From contig CABVAO010000002.1 of NCBI GenBank assembly GCA_902496335.1, positions 29,028 through 93,027 of the forward strand: a DNA stretch of 64,000 nt. Reading direction: 5' to 3'. Below are positions 9,444-19,800 of the stretch, one piece after another. The DNA comes from an uncultured Collinsella sp. (GTDB taxonomy: Bacteria > Actinomycetota > Coriobacteriia > Coriobacteriales > Coriobacteriaceae). The first letter of the stretch is position 1; each line of letters starts with the position of its first letter. Position numbers and translations under genes: made by a program. A model generated the notes under the pieces. The model saw only the letters and a list, made by a program, of their open reading frames with translations, did no database searches and had not been told where the DNA came from.

Positions 9444-9962
9444 GTGCTGCGTCGATGTCCCGAAACGGGCAAAACCAAGGCATACTGCCCGCTGCGGATA
9501 GGTGGTGCACTTCCCAGCGTGCATTTTTGGGAGTATTCAGCAGGCTCTGAAAAATGCATAACGTTTTGAATGGCCCGTAGTGGCCCGCAGGCGCCCATCG
9601 ACAGCCATTGTGGGCGGGCTATCGATGAGTGGAGGGGGCTGTCGCCGCGTTTTTGGTTTGCGACGACCTGCAACACTGCTGTAACCGCGTCGTTTTGTCG
9701 TTCGCGATGGGGTCGTTGGGGCCCACGGTGCTGAATACTCCGTTTTTTGCACGGCCCAAGGTGGGGTACCCTGAGACGAAGCAAAAAGATTCCTCATTTC
9801 TATGCAGATACCGATAGGATTTATGCAAGATTGGGATTGTAAGCCGTGCGCGTGCGTAAAATCGGCGGGAGGACGTCTGGAGGTGGCTCGGCTCCCAGAG
9901 CCTTGCGCGTGTAGAACGGTTAAAATCGGGACTCGGTCTTAGTTTTGCTTGGAAGGATGCAC

Positions 9963-11006
9963 ATGGCTTCTGTAATCGATGCTTCTCTAGAGGAGACGCT
10001 CTCCTATATCGCGGGACAGCTTAAGACGCTGACTTCTATCGCTTCGCCGACGGGCTATACCCGTGCGGCGACTGATTATCTGATGGAGACGTTGCGCGAT
10101 ATGGGCTTTGGGCCCGAGCGCTCCAATAAGGGCAATGTGCTCGTTGGGCTTGGTGGTGAGGGTGAGCCGCTCGTGTTGGCGAGCCATGTCGATACCCTGG
10201 GCGCCATGGTGCGTTCCATTAAGGACAATGGTCGCCTGCGCCCCACGACCCTCGGCGGGCATCAGTGGTCTACGGCCGATGGCGAGAACTGCACCGTTTA
10301 TACGCGCGACGGCAATGTCTACACGGGCGTGGTCCTCAATACCGAGCCTTCGGCGCATGTGGCCGATGAGCCGGTCAAGACCATCGAGAAGAACATGGAA
10401 ATCCTGCTCGACGAGAACGTTGACAGCAAGGACGATGTGCTCGAGCTGGGTATTCAAACCGGCGACATCATCGCTATGGATCCGCGCACCACGGTGACGG
10501 AGAGCGGCTACATCAAGAGTCGCTTCCTTGACGACAAGCTGTCCGCGTCGATTCTGCTGGGTTTGGCCCGCGCCGTCGCCGAAGGCGAGGTGACGCTTTC
10601 GCGCAAGGTTTCGTTGCTCTTTACGGTGTACGAGGAGGTCGGCCACGGCGGTGCCTTTGTGCCGGCCGACACGCGCGAGATGATCAGCGTTGACATGGGC
10701 TGCGTGGGCGACGACCTGGGCTGCACCGAGCGCATGGTGTCGATTTGCGCCAAGGATTCGGGCGGTCCGTACAACTACGACCTGGTAACCACGCTGTCCA
10801 ACATCGCGCGCGAGCTGGAGCTCGATTACGCCATCGATGTGTATCCGCACTACGGCTCGGACGTTGAGGCCACGCTCTCGGCCGGCTACGACATCCGTCA
10901 CGGCCTGATCGGCCCCGGCGTGTACGCGAGCCACAACTACGAGCGCAGCCACATCGACGGCGTGCGCAATACCTACGAGCTGGTCCGCGCCTACGTACAA
11001 CGCTAG
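9963..11006 (+). CDS. M42 family metallo-aminopeptidase
   Basis: SPTG, SHVDTLG, LDDK, EEVG, VDMG, KDS and SHNYER metal-ligand motifs. Confidence 0.9.
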   Translation: MASVIDASLEETLSYIAGQLKTLTSIASPTGYTRAATDYLMETLRDMGFGPERSNKGNVLVGLGGEGEPLVLASHVDTLGAMVRSIKDNGRLRPTTLGGHQWSTADGENCTVYTRDGNVYTGVVLNTEPSAHVADEPVKTIEKNMEILLDENVDSKDDVLELGIQTGDIIAMDPRTTVTESGYIKSRFLDDKLSASILLGLARAVAEGEVTLSRKVSLLFTVYEEVGHGGAFVPADTREMISVDMGCVGDDLGCTERMVSICAKDSGGPYNYDLVTTLSNIARELELDYAIDVYPHYGSDVEATLSAGYDIRHGLIGPGVYASHNYERSHIDGVRNTYELVRAYVQR

Positions 11007-11061
11007 CGATGCAGCGGCCTCGGCTGATACGGCAGTACCGACCGAGGCCGTCCTCTCTAAG

Positions 11062-11124
11062 TTGCGGTGAAATAGGGACTGTTTGGCGGTTTTAAACGCT
11101 TAAACAGTCCCTATTTCACCGCAA
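11062..11124. repeat. Long perfect inverted repeat between convergent genes (REP-like, possible bidirectional terminator)
   Basis: 23-bp arms TTGCGGTGAAATAGGGACTGTTT / AAACAGTCCCTATTTCACCGCAA with a 17-nt spacer. Confidence 0.8.
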
Positions 11125-11142
11125 TTTATGAAGGGGATGGGG

Positions 11143-12243
11143 CTACTTAAGTGCGCCGGTCACCGTGCCGCCGCCGAGGACGATGTCGCCGCGGTAGACT
11201 ACAACGGCTTGGCCGGGGGCGATGGCGCGCTGCGGGTCGTCAAAAGTTAGCAGCATTTGCCCGTCTTCGCCGCGCGCAAGGGTCGCTGCCTGGTCTTTCT
11301 GACGATAGCGGTACTTGGCACCTACGCGAATGCCACCGGACGTGAGCTCTGCCTTCATGCGGTCGGCAGGGGCACTCCAGATCCAGTCGTTGGCCGTGAG
11401 CGCTGTGGCCGTTAGGTCCTCGGCCTCGCCCAGATGCACGGTGCTGCTGTCGGCGTCGACGCCCGTTACGTACACGGGATGCGCCATCGCGACGCCCAGG
11501 CCCTTGCGCTGGCCGATGGTGTAGCGCAGCGCGCCGTTGTGGCGCCCGACCACGCTGCCGTCGCGCCACACAATGTCACCCGGCGCAGCGGGATGTCCGC
11601 AGCGGCGCTCGATATAGCCCGCGTAGTCACCGTCTGGAATAAAGCAGATATCCTCGCTTTCGGCCTTCTGGGCGTTGGTAAAGCCCTGCTCGGCGGCTAT
11701 TCGGCGCACGTCGCGCTCTTTGTTTAGGCCTGCCAGCGGAAAGATCGTGTGCGCCAGGCGCTCCTGCGTAAGCGAATACAAAAAGTAGCTTTGGTCCTTT
11801 TTGGGGTCCTCGCCGCGATGGAGCTGCCAGGTGCCATCTGCCGCCTGGCTTGTTTTGGCGTAATGTCCCGTTGCGATGTAGTCGCAGCCCATGTCCAGCG
11901 CCGCATCGAGCAGCGCGCCAAACTTAATGTGGCGGTTGCAGATAATGCACGGGTTGGGCGTCAGCCCCTCCTGGTAGGCGTTCACAAAGCGCTCGATAAC
12001 GCTGTGGTCGAACGTCTGCTGCAGGTCGAGCACATGATGGGGGATCCCCAGGCGCTCGGCGACCGCCTTCGCGTCGGCGATGTCGCGGTCGACCTTACTC
12101 ATGCCCGTGGCGGGGTCGGGTGCGGGGCAGGTGAGGCGCATGGTGGCACCGACGCATTCGTAGCCCTGGCTTTTGAGCAGGTACGCGGTCACGCTGGAAT
12201 CGACGCCGCCGCTCATGGCGACGAGCACGCGCTTGTTGTGCAT
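11143..12243 (-). CDS. mnmA: tRNA 2-thiouridine(34) synthase
   Basis: AMSGGVDSS, TPNPCIICN, ATGHYA, KDQSYFL, ESEDICF, TIGQRKG and APGQ motifs. Confidence 0.97.
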   Translation of the reverse strand: MHNKRVLVAMSGGVDSSVTAYLLKSQGYECVGATMRLTCPAPDPATGMSKVDRDIADAKAVAERLGIPHHVLDLQQTFDHSVIERFVNAYQEGLTPNPCIICNRHIKFGALLDAALDMGCDYIATGHYAKTSQAADGTWQLHRGEDPKKDQSYFLYSLTQERLAHTIFPLAGLNKERDVRRIAAEQGFTNAQKAESEDICFIPDGDYAGYIERRCGHPAAPGDIVWRDGSVVGRHNGALRYTIGQRKGLGVAMAHPVYVTGVDADSSTVHLGEAEDLTATALTANDWIWSAPADRMKAELTSGGIRVGAKYRYRQKDQAATLARGEDGQMLLTFDDPQRAIAPGQAVVVYRGDIVLGGGTVTGALK

Positions 12244-12272
12244 GGGGAGGTTCTCCTTGGTGGCATGTGGCC

Positions 12273-12311
12273 AAAAAAGAAAAGCGGCGCGGGAGGCTGG
12301 TTCCGCGCCGC
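12273..12311 (-). terminator. Terminator-like hairpin between cysK and mnmA
   Basis: Minus strand reads GCGGCGCGG-loop-CCGCGCCGC followed by TTTTCTTTTTT. Confidence 0.75.
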
Positions 12312-12424
12312 AGACATTGTAGCAAGTTCGGACGTCTCGTGGGACACCCTAACGAGATGGGCTCAGGCGGCCAGAAGAGAGGGTAGGCCGGCATGCCATG
12401 GGCCTATCGACAAGTGACGGGCCC

Positions 12425-13363
12425 TTAGTCCTGGAAGAGTGCCGTGGACAGGTAGCGCTCACCGGTATCGGCGAGCAGCGCCACGATGGTCTTACCCTCG
12501 TTCTCGGGACGCTTGGCCAGTTGCAGTGCGGCCCACACGGCGGCACCGGACGAAATGCCCACGAGCACGCCCTCCTTGTGGCCCACGGCGCGGCCGGTGG
12601 CAAAGGCGTCGTCGTTCTCGACGGGGATGATCTCGTCGTAGACCTGGGTGTCGAGGACGTCGGGCACAAAGCCGGCACCGATGCCCTGGATCTTGTGCGG
12701 GCCGGCCTGGCCCTTGGAGAGCACCGGGGAGGTGGCGGGCTCGACGGCGACGACCTTAATCTCGGGGTTCTGCTCCTTGAGGAACTCGCCCACGCCGGTC
12801 ACGGTACCACCGGTGCCAACGCCGGCGACGAAGATGTCGACCTTGCCGTCGGTGTCGTCCCAGATCTCGGGGCCGGTCGTGGCCTTGTGGATGGCGGGGT
12901 TGGCGGGGTTCACAAACTGGCCGGCGATGATACTGTTGGGAGTCTCCTTCTGCAGCTCCTCGGCCTTGGCGATAGCGCCCTTCATGCCCTTGGAACCGTC
13001 GGTGAGCACGAGCTGCGCACCGTATGCCTGCATCAGCTTGCGGCGCTCGACGGACATGGTCTCGGGCATGGTGATGATCACCTTGTAGCCGCGGGCGGCC
13101 GCCACGGAGGCGATACCGACGCCGGTGTTGCCGCTCGTGGGCTCGATGATGGTGTAGTCGCCGCCGCGCACGAGCTTGCCTGCCTTCTCGGCCTCGTCAA
13201 TCATGTTCTTGGCGACGCGGTCTTTAACGGAGCCGGCGGGGTTGAAGTATTCCAGTTTGACGAGCACGCGAGCCTTGAGGTCCTCGTCGGCCTCAAAGTG
13301 AGTGAGCTCCAGAAGCGGGGTGTGGCCGATAAGCTGATCGATGGACGTGTAAACCTTGCTCAT
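12425..13363 (-). CDS. cysK: Cysteine synthase A (O-acetylserine sulfhydrylase)
   Basis: NPAGSVKDR (PLP lysine), [22 protein letters not shown] and GERYLST. Confidence 0.97.
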   Translation of the reverse strand: MSKVYTSIDQLIGHTPLLELTHFEADEDLKARVLVKLEYFNPAGSVKDRVAKNMIDEAEKAGKLVRGGDYTIIEPTSGNTGVGIASVAAARGYKVIITMPETMSVERRKLMQAYGAQLVLTDGSKGMKGAIAKAEELQKETPNSIIAGQFVNPANPAIHKATTGPEIWDDTDGKVDIFVAGVGTGGTVTGVGEFLKEQNPEIKVVAVEPATSPVLSKGQAGPHKIQGIGAGFVPDVLDTQVYDEIIPVENDDAFATGRAVGHKEGVLVGISSGAAVWAALQLAKRPENEGKTIVALLADTGERYLSTALFQD

Positions 13364-13429
13364 GGTGAACCTCCAAAGTGTTCAAGTTGCTGGTTGCCGT
13401 GTGGTTTTACGGCGTGTCTAGCAGATAAA

Positions 13430-13503
13430 CCCATAAACCTTATAGGTTGTTCGTTTAGCTGTTGGCAAGCATAGTAGACACTAAAGCCTAGTAATGCAAT
13501 AGG
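13430..13503. promoter_or_regulatory. Two candidate Rrf2 (CymR/IscR-like) operators
   Basis: CCCA-N9-TAGG (13430-13446) and CCTA-N9-TAGG (13487-13503) in the AT-rich divergent cysK/Rrf2 intergenic region. Confidence 0.55.
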
Positions 13504-13616
13504 AAATAGAAGATTATTACGAGTCGATTAACCATCTTGACCGGAACGGGTATTTCCAAAGCTAATTTTTCGGCTAGAATTTCAACGGACTAAAAGACCG
13601 AAAGGCAGCACTATAT

Positions 13617-14045
13617 ATGTTGGTTTCTACTAAGGGCAGGTACGCCCTGCGCGTTATGGTTGACCTGGCCGAGCACCAGGCGGCCGGTCGCATCCCGCTC
13701 AAAGAGATTGCGGCGCGACAGGGGATTTCCGAGAAATATCTCGAGAACATCTTGGCTACGCTCGTGCGCGCCAACATGCTCTCGGGCATGCGTGGCAAGG
13801 GCGGCGGCTACGTGCTCACGCGCCCGCCCGAGCAGTACACGGTGGGCGAGATCCTGCGCTTGACCGAGGGCAGCCTGGCGCCGGTCGCCTGCCTGGATGG
13901 CGACTGCAAGGGTTGCTCGCGATCTGATGAGTGTCCCACGCTCGACGTGTGGAAGAACCTGGACAAGCTCATCAACGATTACCTCGACGGCGTGACGCTC
14001 GATCAACTTGTCGCTCCCAACCATGGCTACGACTACGTCATCTAG
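13617..14045 (+). CDS. Rrf2 family transcriptional regulator (IscR/CymR-like)
   Basis: STKGRYALR, ISEKYLENI and RGKGGGY, with a Cys-rich segment ACLDGDCKGCSRSDECPT. Confidence 0.93.
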   Translation: MLVSTKGRYALRVMVDLAEHQAAGRIPLKEIAARQGISEKYLENILATLVRANMLSGMRGKGGGYVLTRPPEQYTVGEILRLTEGSLAPVACLDGDCKGCSRSDECPTLDVWKNLDKLINDYLDGVTLDQLVAPNHGYDYVI

Positions 14046-14179
14046 CCCACACCTGCATTTGGGGACGGGGTAGAAATGGTAGATTCTCTCGTCCTTTGAG
14101 ACTTGACAAATAAGAAGGCCGCCCATTTTTTGTGAACTGCCTCCCATTTCTTGGACATGAGAAATGGGAGGCTTTCTTT

Positions 14180-14671
14180 ATGCGCGTTGATTTGAGGGTG
14201 AAGCATGATGTCGAGGCCAGGAAGGCGGCCATAGGGCTCTTCGAGCTCGGGCACGGGTATAAATCTGCCGCGATTGCCCTTTCGCTTCCAGCGGAAGCCG
14301 TGAGAAGATGGCAGGAGATATACCGCGCGTTCGGGAGCGAGGTGCTGCTGCGCATGGACGGAAAGCAGGGCAGGTACACATACGAGCAGAAGGTCGCCGC
14401 CGCCTCCGCCGTCGTCGACGGCGGCATGACGAAGACCGAGGCGATGGCGGCGTTCGGCATAATGTCGATGTCGCCGCTCGATAAGTGGTGCGCGCTATAC
14501 CGCCGGGGCGGCGCGGAGGCCCTGCGCCCGAGGCCCAAGGGCCGGCCGAGCGGTTCCAAGGCGAGGCCGCGGACCCGCGAGGAGGAGCTCGAGGAGCGGT
14601 GCCGAAGGCTCGAGGCGGAGGTGGCCTACCTAAAAAAATTACGCGCCCTGGTCGAGAGGGACGGTCTCTGA
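14180..14671 (+). CDS. IS3-family transposase OrfA (HTH)
   Basis: Two HTH-like repeats, coiled coil ending EVAYLKKL, GGGAGG RBS, and an A7 slippery site at 14632-14638. Confidence 0.9.
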   Translation: MRVDLRVKHDVEARKAAIGLFELGHGYKSAAIALSLPAEAVRRWQEIYRAFGSEVLLRMDGKQGRYTYEQKVAAASAVVDGGMTKTEAMAAFGIMSMSPLDKWCALYRRGGAEALRPRPKGRPSGSKARPRTREEELEERCRRLEAEVAYLKKLRALVERDGL

Positions 14672-15543
14672 CCAGGGCGAAGGCCGAAGCGGTCGCGGCC
14701 CTGCGCGCCGAGGGGCACGCGCTCGGGCACCTGCTCGCATGCGCCGAGCTCAAGAGGTCGACCTACTACTACGCCCTCGCGCACCCTCCGAGGCCCACGC
14801 GCCCCGAGCTCCGGGAGGCGGCCGCCGAGATCTTCTCGCGCACCGCCAACGGCTGCGGGCACCGGCAGATAGCGATGTGCCTCAGGGCGGAAGAGGGGGC
14901 CGTGATAGCCGACAAGACCGTGCTCAAGATGATGCGCGAGATGGGGATTCGCTGCGGCATCAGACGCGAGACGGCCTACCACAGGTACAACTCGTACAGG
15001 GGCGTCGTCGGCAGGACGTTCGAGAACGTGATCGCGAGGGATTTCGACGCCGGGGCCCCGTGGCGGAAGCTGGGGACGGACGTCACCGAGTTCAAGGTGG
15101 CCGGCGGCAAGGCCTACTGGGCCCCGACGCTGGACTTCTGCACCAAGGAGATCGTGGCGAGCGACATATCGACCACGCCAGACATGTCCCAGCAGGCGAG
15201 GATGCTCGACGAGCTGCTGCCCAAGATCCCCGAGGGCGCCGCCCCGACCATGCACTCGGACCGGGGCTGGCAGTACCAGCACGCCTCGTACACATCCAGG
15301 CTCGAGGCCGCCGGCATCGTCCAGAGCATGTCCAGGAAGGCGAACTGCATCGACAATGCCGCCACCGAGCAGCTCTTCGGCCACGTCAAGGACGAGTTCT
15401 ACAGGGGCCGCGAGTGGAAGACGTTCGAGGATTTCAAACGCGACCTGGAGGAATACATAGTCCACTGGAACACGAGCCGGAGGCAGGTAAGATTGAAGGG
15501 CCTGACCCCGGAGGAGTTCCGGAATCAGGCCCTCGCGGCCTAG
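14632..15543 (+). CDS. IS3-family transposase OrfB (DDE), probably expressed by -1 frameshift
   Basis: TDVTEF, HSDRGWQY and SMSRKANCIDNAATEQLFGHVKDE motifs; frame is -1 relative to orfA. The start given is the slippery site. Confidence 0.9.
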   Translation, partial: KKITRPGREGRSLTRAKAEAVAALRAEGHALGHLLACAELKRSTYYYALAHPPRPTRPELREAAAEIFSRTANGCGHRQIAMCLRAEEGAVIADKTVLKMMREMGIRCGIRRETAYHRYNSYRGVVGRTFENVIARDFDAGAPWRKLGTDVTEFKVAGGKAYWAPTLDFCTKEIVASDISTTPDMSQQARMLDELLPKIPEGAAPTMHSDRGWQYQHASYTSRLEAAGIVQSMSRKANCIDNAATEQLFGHVKDEFYRGREWKTFEDFKRDLEEYIVHWNTSRRQVRLKGLTPEEFRNQALAA

Positions 15544-15636
15544 TCGCTATTTAGGGCGTCCAAGATTTGGGGCGCAGTTCATTTGTGATGGGCGGCCTTC
15601 GTTTTGGGTCGATATGACGGTTCGTATTGAACAGTT

Positions 15637-16002
15637 CTAGCCCTCGGCGATGCTGTCGAGAATGCTGCGCATGATGGATACCAGGATGCTGCCCATAAAG
15701 GCCGATCCAAAGCCGGCAATGGAGATACCCGCGCCCAGCAGATTGACCGACAGGTAGCTGGCCAGCTCGAGCATAAAGCTGTTGACTACGAGCTGAAAAA
15801 TACCAAGCGTGATAATAGTGAGCGGCAGCGAGATGACCGTCAGGAACGGCTTGACGAGCGAGTCGACGATGTTGAGGAACAGTCCCACAAAGGCAAAGCA
15901 GACCCAGGCCTCGGCAAAGCCGAAGGGTTGGATACCGGGGACGAGGAACGTGGCGATCGCGATGGCGATCGAGGTGAAGAGCCAGTTAAGCATAAAGCGC
16001 AT
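15637..16002 (-). CDS. Small 4-TM membrane protein, DUF360 / Phage_holin_4_2 family
   Basis: VKPFLTVISLPLTIITLGIFQLVVNSFML motif; no phage context. Confidence 0.85.
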   Translation of the reverse strand: MRFMLNWLFTSIAIAIATFLVPGIQPFGFAEAWVCFAFVGLFLNIVDSLVKPFLTVISLPLTIITLGIFQLVVNSFMLELASYLSVNLLGAGISIAGFGSAFMGSILVSIMRSILDSIAEG

Positions 16003-16326
16003 GGCGTGAATCCTTTCTTGCGCCGGGGTTGCTGGCGTCGCGTGAAGCGGCTTGCGGCGGCGACCTGGATGGTTGCGCGGGCGCGCCGCGGTGTTTGGGC
16101 GCCCATTGTCTCAAATATTCGTGGAGCTTACGTGCGCATACGGTTTCTAAACGGCGTTCGTCCTGAAAAACGCGCCGCTGGCAGAGAGTCTTGTCGCTTT
16201 AGTTTGGTGGTGTGCTACACTGCTACGGACAAAAGCCACAGGCGTTGCCCTATTGCATAGAACGGGCGAACGATGCCCGATGTCAGTATCAACTTCGATG
16301 CCTTTTGGCGGGTTTGGCGGTGATCG

Positions 16327-16626
16327 ATGAATATCGAGAACATGTTTGACAAGCCTGATGTCAAGCAGCTGGTCCACGCATTTAGCCTTTTGGACGACGA
16401 GAAGGATATCCAGGCGTTTTTGACCGATATCTGCACGCCGCGCGAGATTTGCGATCTTTCGCAACGCCTGCAGGTCGCGCGTTATCTGGATGAGGGCGAG
16501 CCCTATGTTGAGGTTCAGGCCCGCACGGGCGCTTCGTCCACCACGGTGAGCCGTGTTTCCAAGGCGCTCAACGGCGAGTACGGTGGCTATCGCAAGATCC
16601 TCATCAAGCTGGAGGATGGCGAGTAG
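16327..16626 (+). CDS. YerC/YecD family TrpR-related protein
   Basis: FLTDICTPREI..LSQRLQVA and TGASSTTVSRV motifs. Confidence 0.92.
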   Translation: MNIENMFDKPDVKQLVHAFSLLDDEKDIQAFLTDICTPREICDLSQRLQVARYLDEGEPYVEVQARTGASSTTVSRVSKALNGEYGGYRKILIKLEDGE

Positions 16627-16654
16627 GCCAACGGCAACAAACGAATCAGCTGGA

Positions 16655-16678
16655 GCCGCCCCTTCGGGGGCGGTTTTT
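16655..16678 (+). terminator. Intrinsic terminator after the YerC-like gene
   Basis: GCCGCCCC-TTCG-GGGGCGGT followed by TTTT. Confidence 0.8.
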
Positions 16679-16849
16679 GTGTGTCGAAAATTGATTCCCT
16701 GGGGACGGAGGAGAACGGATCATCGAGGGGGTCTGGTGCAAAGTAACCTGACCCCGATGCGCCAAAACATGTTGGTGTGGTGCCATGTTGTCCGTGCGGG
16801 CGGGTAGGATAGATGCGTTGAATATTGCGAACAGTTTGAGTGGAGGACC

Positions 16850-19800
16850 ATGCCTGTTCGAATCTATACCACCAATGCCGGCACGGATTTGAGCGATGCC
16901 GAGGCGGCGCTGCTGGCCGACCTGGTTGCCCGCCACGGGCGCGCTGTTCTGTTGGCGCCCTCGTTTGCCGAGCTCGACTTGTGCCGTCATGATGCGGCAG
17001 AAGCCGGGGTTTCACTGGGTATCGATTACAAGACGCCCACATCGTGGCTCCGCTCGCTGTGGGAGCTTATGGGCGATGGCCGCAGCTTTGTGGATAACCT
17101 GCAGCGCCAGATGCTGTTCTCGGACATGGTCACGCGTCTCGACGATGCCGACCTGCAGCCGCTTTCGCACAGTCAGGGCACAGTGCGCATGCTCGCGCGC
17201 ATGGCCCGCGACGTGTTGCCGGGCGTTGCGGGGACGGGTGCCGAACGATGCCGTGGCGACAACTGCCAGCCTGAGCCAAAAAGCGATGCCGAGGCTCGTG
17301 TGTTCGAGCTTTTGCGCGCCTACGCGGGCGGTTTGGACCGTCGAGATATGGTTGAGCCCTGCGAGGCAGCTGACATTATGACCAGTGTCCTGGCCGATAG
17401 CCTGCCGGCGTGCACTCGCGCCGTATGCGTGCGCGGTATCACGTCGTTTACGCACGGTCTGCTCGAGCTGCTGTCTGCCGTGGCGAACAATGGGGGAGAG
17501 GTCGTCGTGCTGCTTGCCCGCGAACAGGCGGCGATGCGCGAGGAGCTTGCCGCGGCATTTGATGCCCGCGATGTGTTGTTTGAGATCGCGCCGCTAGGGG
17601 AGGATGTCGGCGCGTCTGATGCCGCTTGCGGGACCGCCGCTCAGCCTGCCTTTATTGAGGTCGCTGGCCCCCATGCCCGTGCTCATGCTTATGCGGACGC
17701 AATTGATGATCTGGTAAAAACGTGCCGGGGTTCCGAGGTCGACGGCGCCTCTGCCGACCCCGTGCGCGTGCTTGCCGTTTCTGCCCGGGCACCCCAGCTG
17801 TTCGGTGAGCTCGCCTCTCGTCTGGCGGCTCGTCATATCGCTGCCGAGACAACTGAGTTCACGGCGTTTTCCCAGTCCATCGCGGGCAGGCAGTTTGCGG
17901 CGCTTGCCGGCCTGATCGAGCGCATGAAGGCCGCCGATGAGGGCATGGCGTCAAAGACCGAGTGGTGGCCCGCGCCGGAGCTTACCGACTGGATCTACAG
18001 TCCGCTTTCGGGTGCCGACGCCGCGAGCGCCCGCGGCTTCGACAAGAACATGCGCCTGTCGCGCAGCAAGACCGCTGCGGGCGTCAAGAGCCTGCTGCAG
18101 AGCGTGCAGGGCCAGGTGAGGGGCGCCCGCAAGGCCGCCAGCGACGATAACTGGTTTAAGAATGTGCCGTGCGTGGTCTCGGACGTGTTTCAGGCGCTGT
18201 GGCGCGACAAACCCGTGACGGCGCTCAAGGCCATGCTCGCCGTTGCAGAGGCGCTGCCCGATCGCGCTCTAGGCGGTCTTGACGGCCAGGCCCGTCGTCA
18301 GGCAGAGACGGCTTTGCTGCGCCATGCCATCGACATCCTTATGAACGATGCTCGCGCGCTCGACGTGTCGCAGGCCGCGACCGTGCCGGTTCTCGACGGC
18401 GTTCGAACTAAGGTGGACAAGCGCAGCACCGCTTACGATTACGAGACCTACGAGGTCGATCGCACGCCACGGGCGCAAGTGCGCTTCGTGTCGCTTGCCG
18501 ATGCGTCGGTTTTGCGTCCTGGCGGCTACGATGCCGTGCTGTTTGCCGATGTCGACCTGGACAGCTATCCGCTTTCGCACGAAGAGGGCCCGCTTGCCAC
18601 ATTGACGGCCGAGCTGCGCCGCGACGGCGTGTCTTTGGAGCCCGCCGCCCTGTTGCGCGTGCGCTTTGGCCGTGCGATGCAGGCGGCGAGCGGTCCGGTC
18701 GCGCTTGCCCGCGTGACACACGATCGCCAGGCGCGCGAGTGCTACCCGGCAGCCGTATGGACCGAGCTGCGGGCACATGCCGAGGCCGCTGGCGCTGCCA
18801 AGCCCACGTGCGTGGGCGAGGGCGATATCATCGCCGACTTTGATCCCGCGGCAGGTGAAGGCCTCAAGCGCGAGCGCGTGACCTGTGAAGCCCCTCAGCA
18901 TCTGAGTGCCGAGGCCGTGCCGTATTTGGTCCTGCGCCGTCGCGATGGCGAGGGTGAGGACGCGCCGCTCGTGCCGCGTCTGACGTCCGCCTCGCAGATC
19001 GAGGCCTATTCTACCTGCCCACTGTGCTGGTTCGTGTCGTATCGCGTCAAGCCCCAGTCGATCGACGCGGGCTTTGGCAACATGGAGAAGGGCAACTTTG
19101 TCCACGACGTGCTGGAGCATCTGCATGCCCGTCTGCCCCAAGAGGGCATGGAGCGCGTGACGCCCGAGAATCTGCCGCGTGCACAGGAGCTGCTGCACGA
19201 GGTCTTTGACGAGACGTTGGCCGAGCACGCCGGCAAGCGCGGCACGGAGGGCCCGCTGGTGCCGCTCTCTGCGGTGGAGGAACGCCAGGTGGCCGAGATC
19301 TTGCCGCAGCTGGAGGGTGTGCTTGCCTACGAGTCCGAGGCACTTGCCCCCTTTGCCCCGCGCTACCTGGAGTTCGCCTTCAACGAGCTCAAGGTCGAGT
19401 ATGCCGGTTGGCCGCTTGGCGGGCGCATCGACCGCGTGGACGTGGACGCCGAGAATCGTGCCGTGGTGATCGACTACAAGCATCGCACGGGCGTTGAGGA
19501 GTTTAAGCTCGCCGACCCCACGGTGCGTGACGAGGAATCGGGCACGGCGCCCATCGACGATCCGCGCTGGTTGCCACCACATACCCAGACGCTCATCTAC
19601 GCCCAGGCCATGCGCCGAGCGCTGGATTTGGACACCCGCGCGGCGCTCTACTTTTCGACCAAGGGCGGCAAACCGGCGTTGCGAGGCGCAGCGAGTGCCG
19701 AGCTGCTCGAGGAGGAGCGTGGTGACGGTCGCATCCCGGGCCTTAAGAAAGGTTTCCCCGGCGAGGGTGGCAGCATGGACTTCGACGCCCTGCTCGATCG

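Larger units (their letters stand above)
14133..15581 (+). mobile_element. IS3-family insertion sequence (IS150-like), 1449 bp
   Basis: TG...CA ends. Imperfect terminal IRs TGAACTGCCTCCCATTTCTTGGAC and (reverse complement of right end) TGAACTGCGCCCCAAATCTTGGAC. 4-bp flanking duplication TTTG (14129-14132, 15582-15585). orfA/orfB in -1 phase. Confidence 0.95.

Noticed and set aside
15637..16002. 'Phage holin' as evidence of a prophage
   Set aside because: This family is commonly chromosomal, and no endolysin, integrase or structural phage genes are present.
16829..16840. LexA box upstream of addB
   Set aside because: GAACAGTTTGAG lacks the GTTC half-site.
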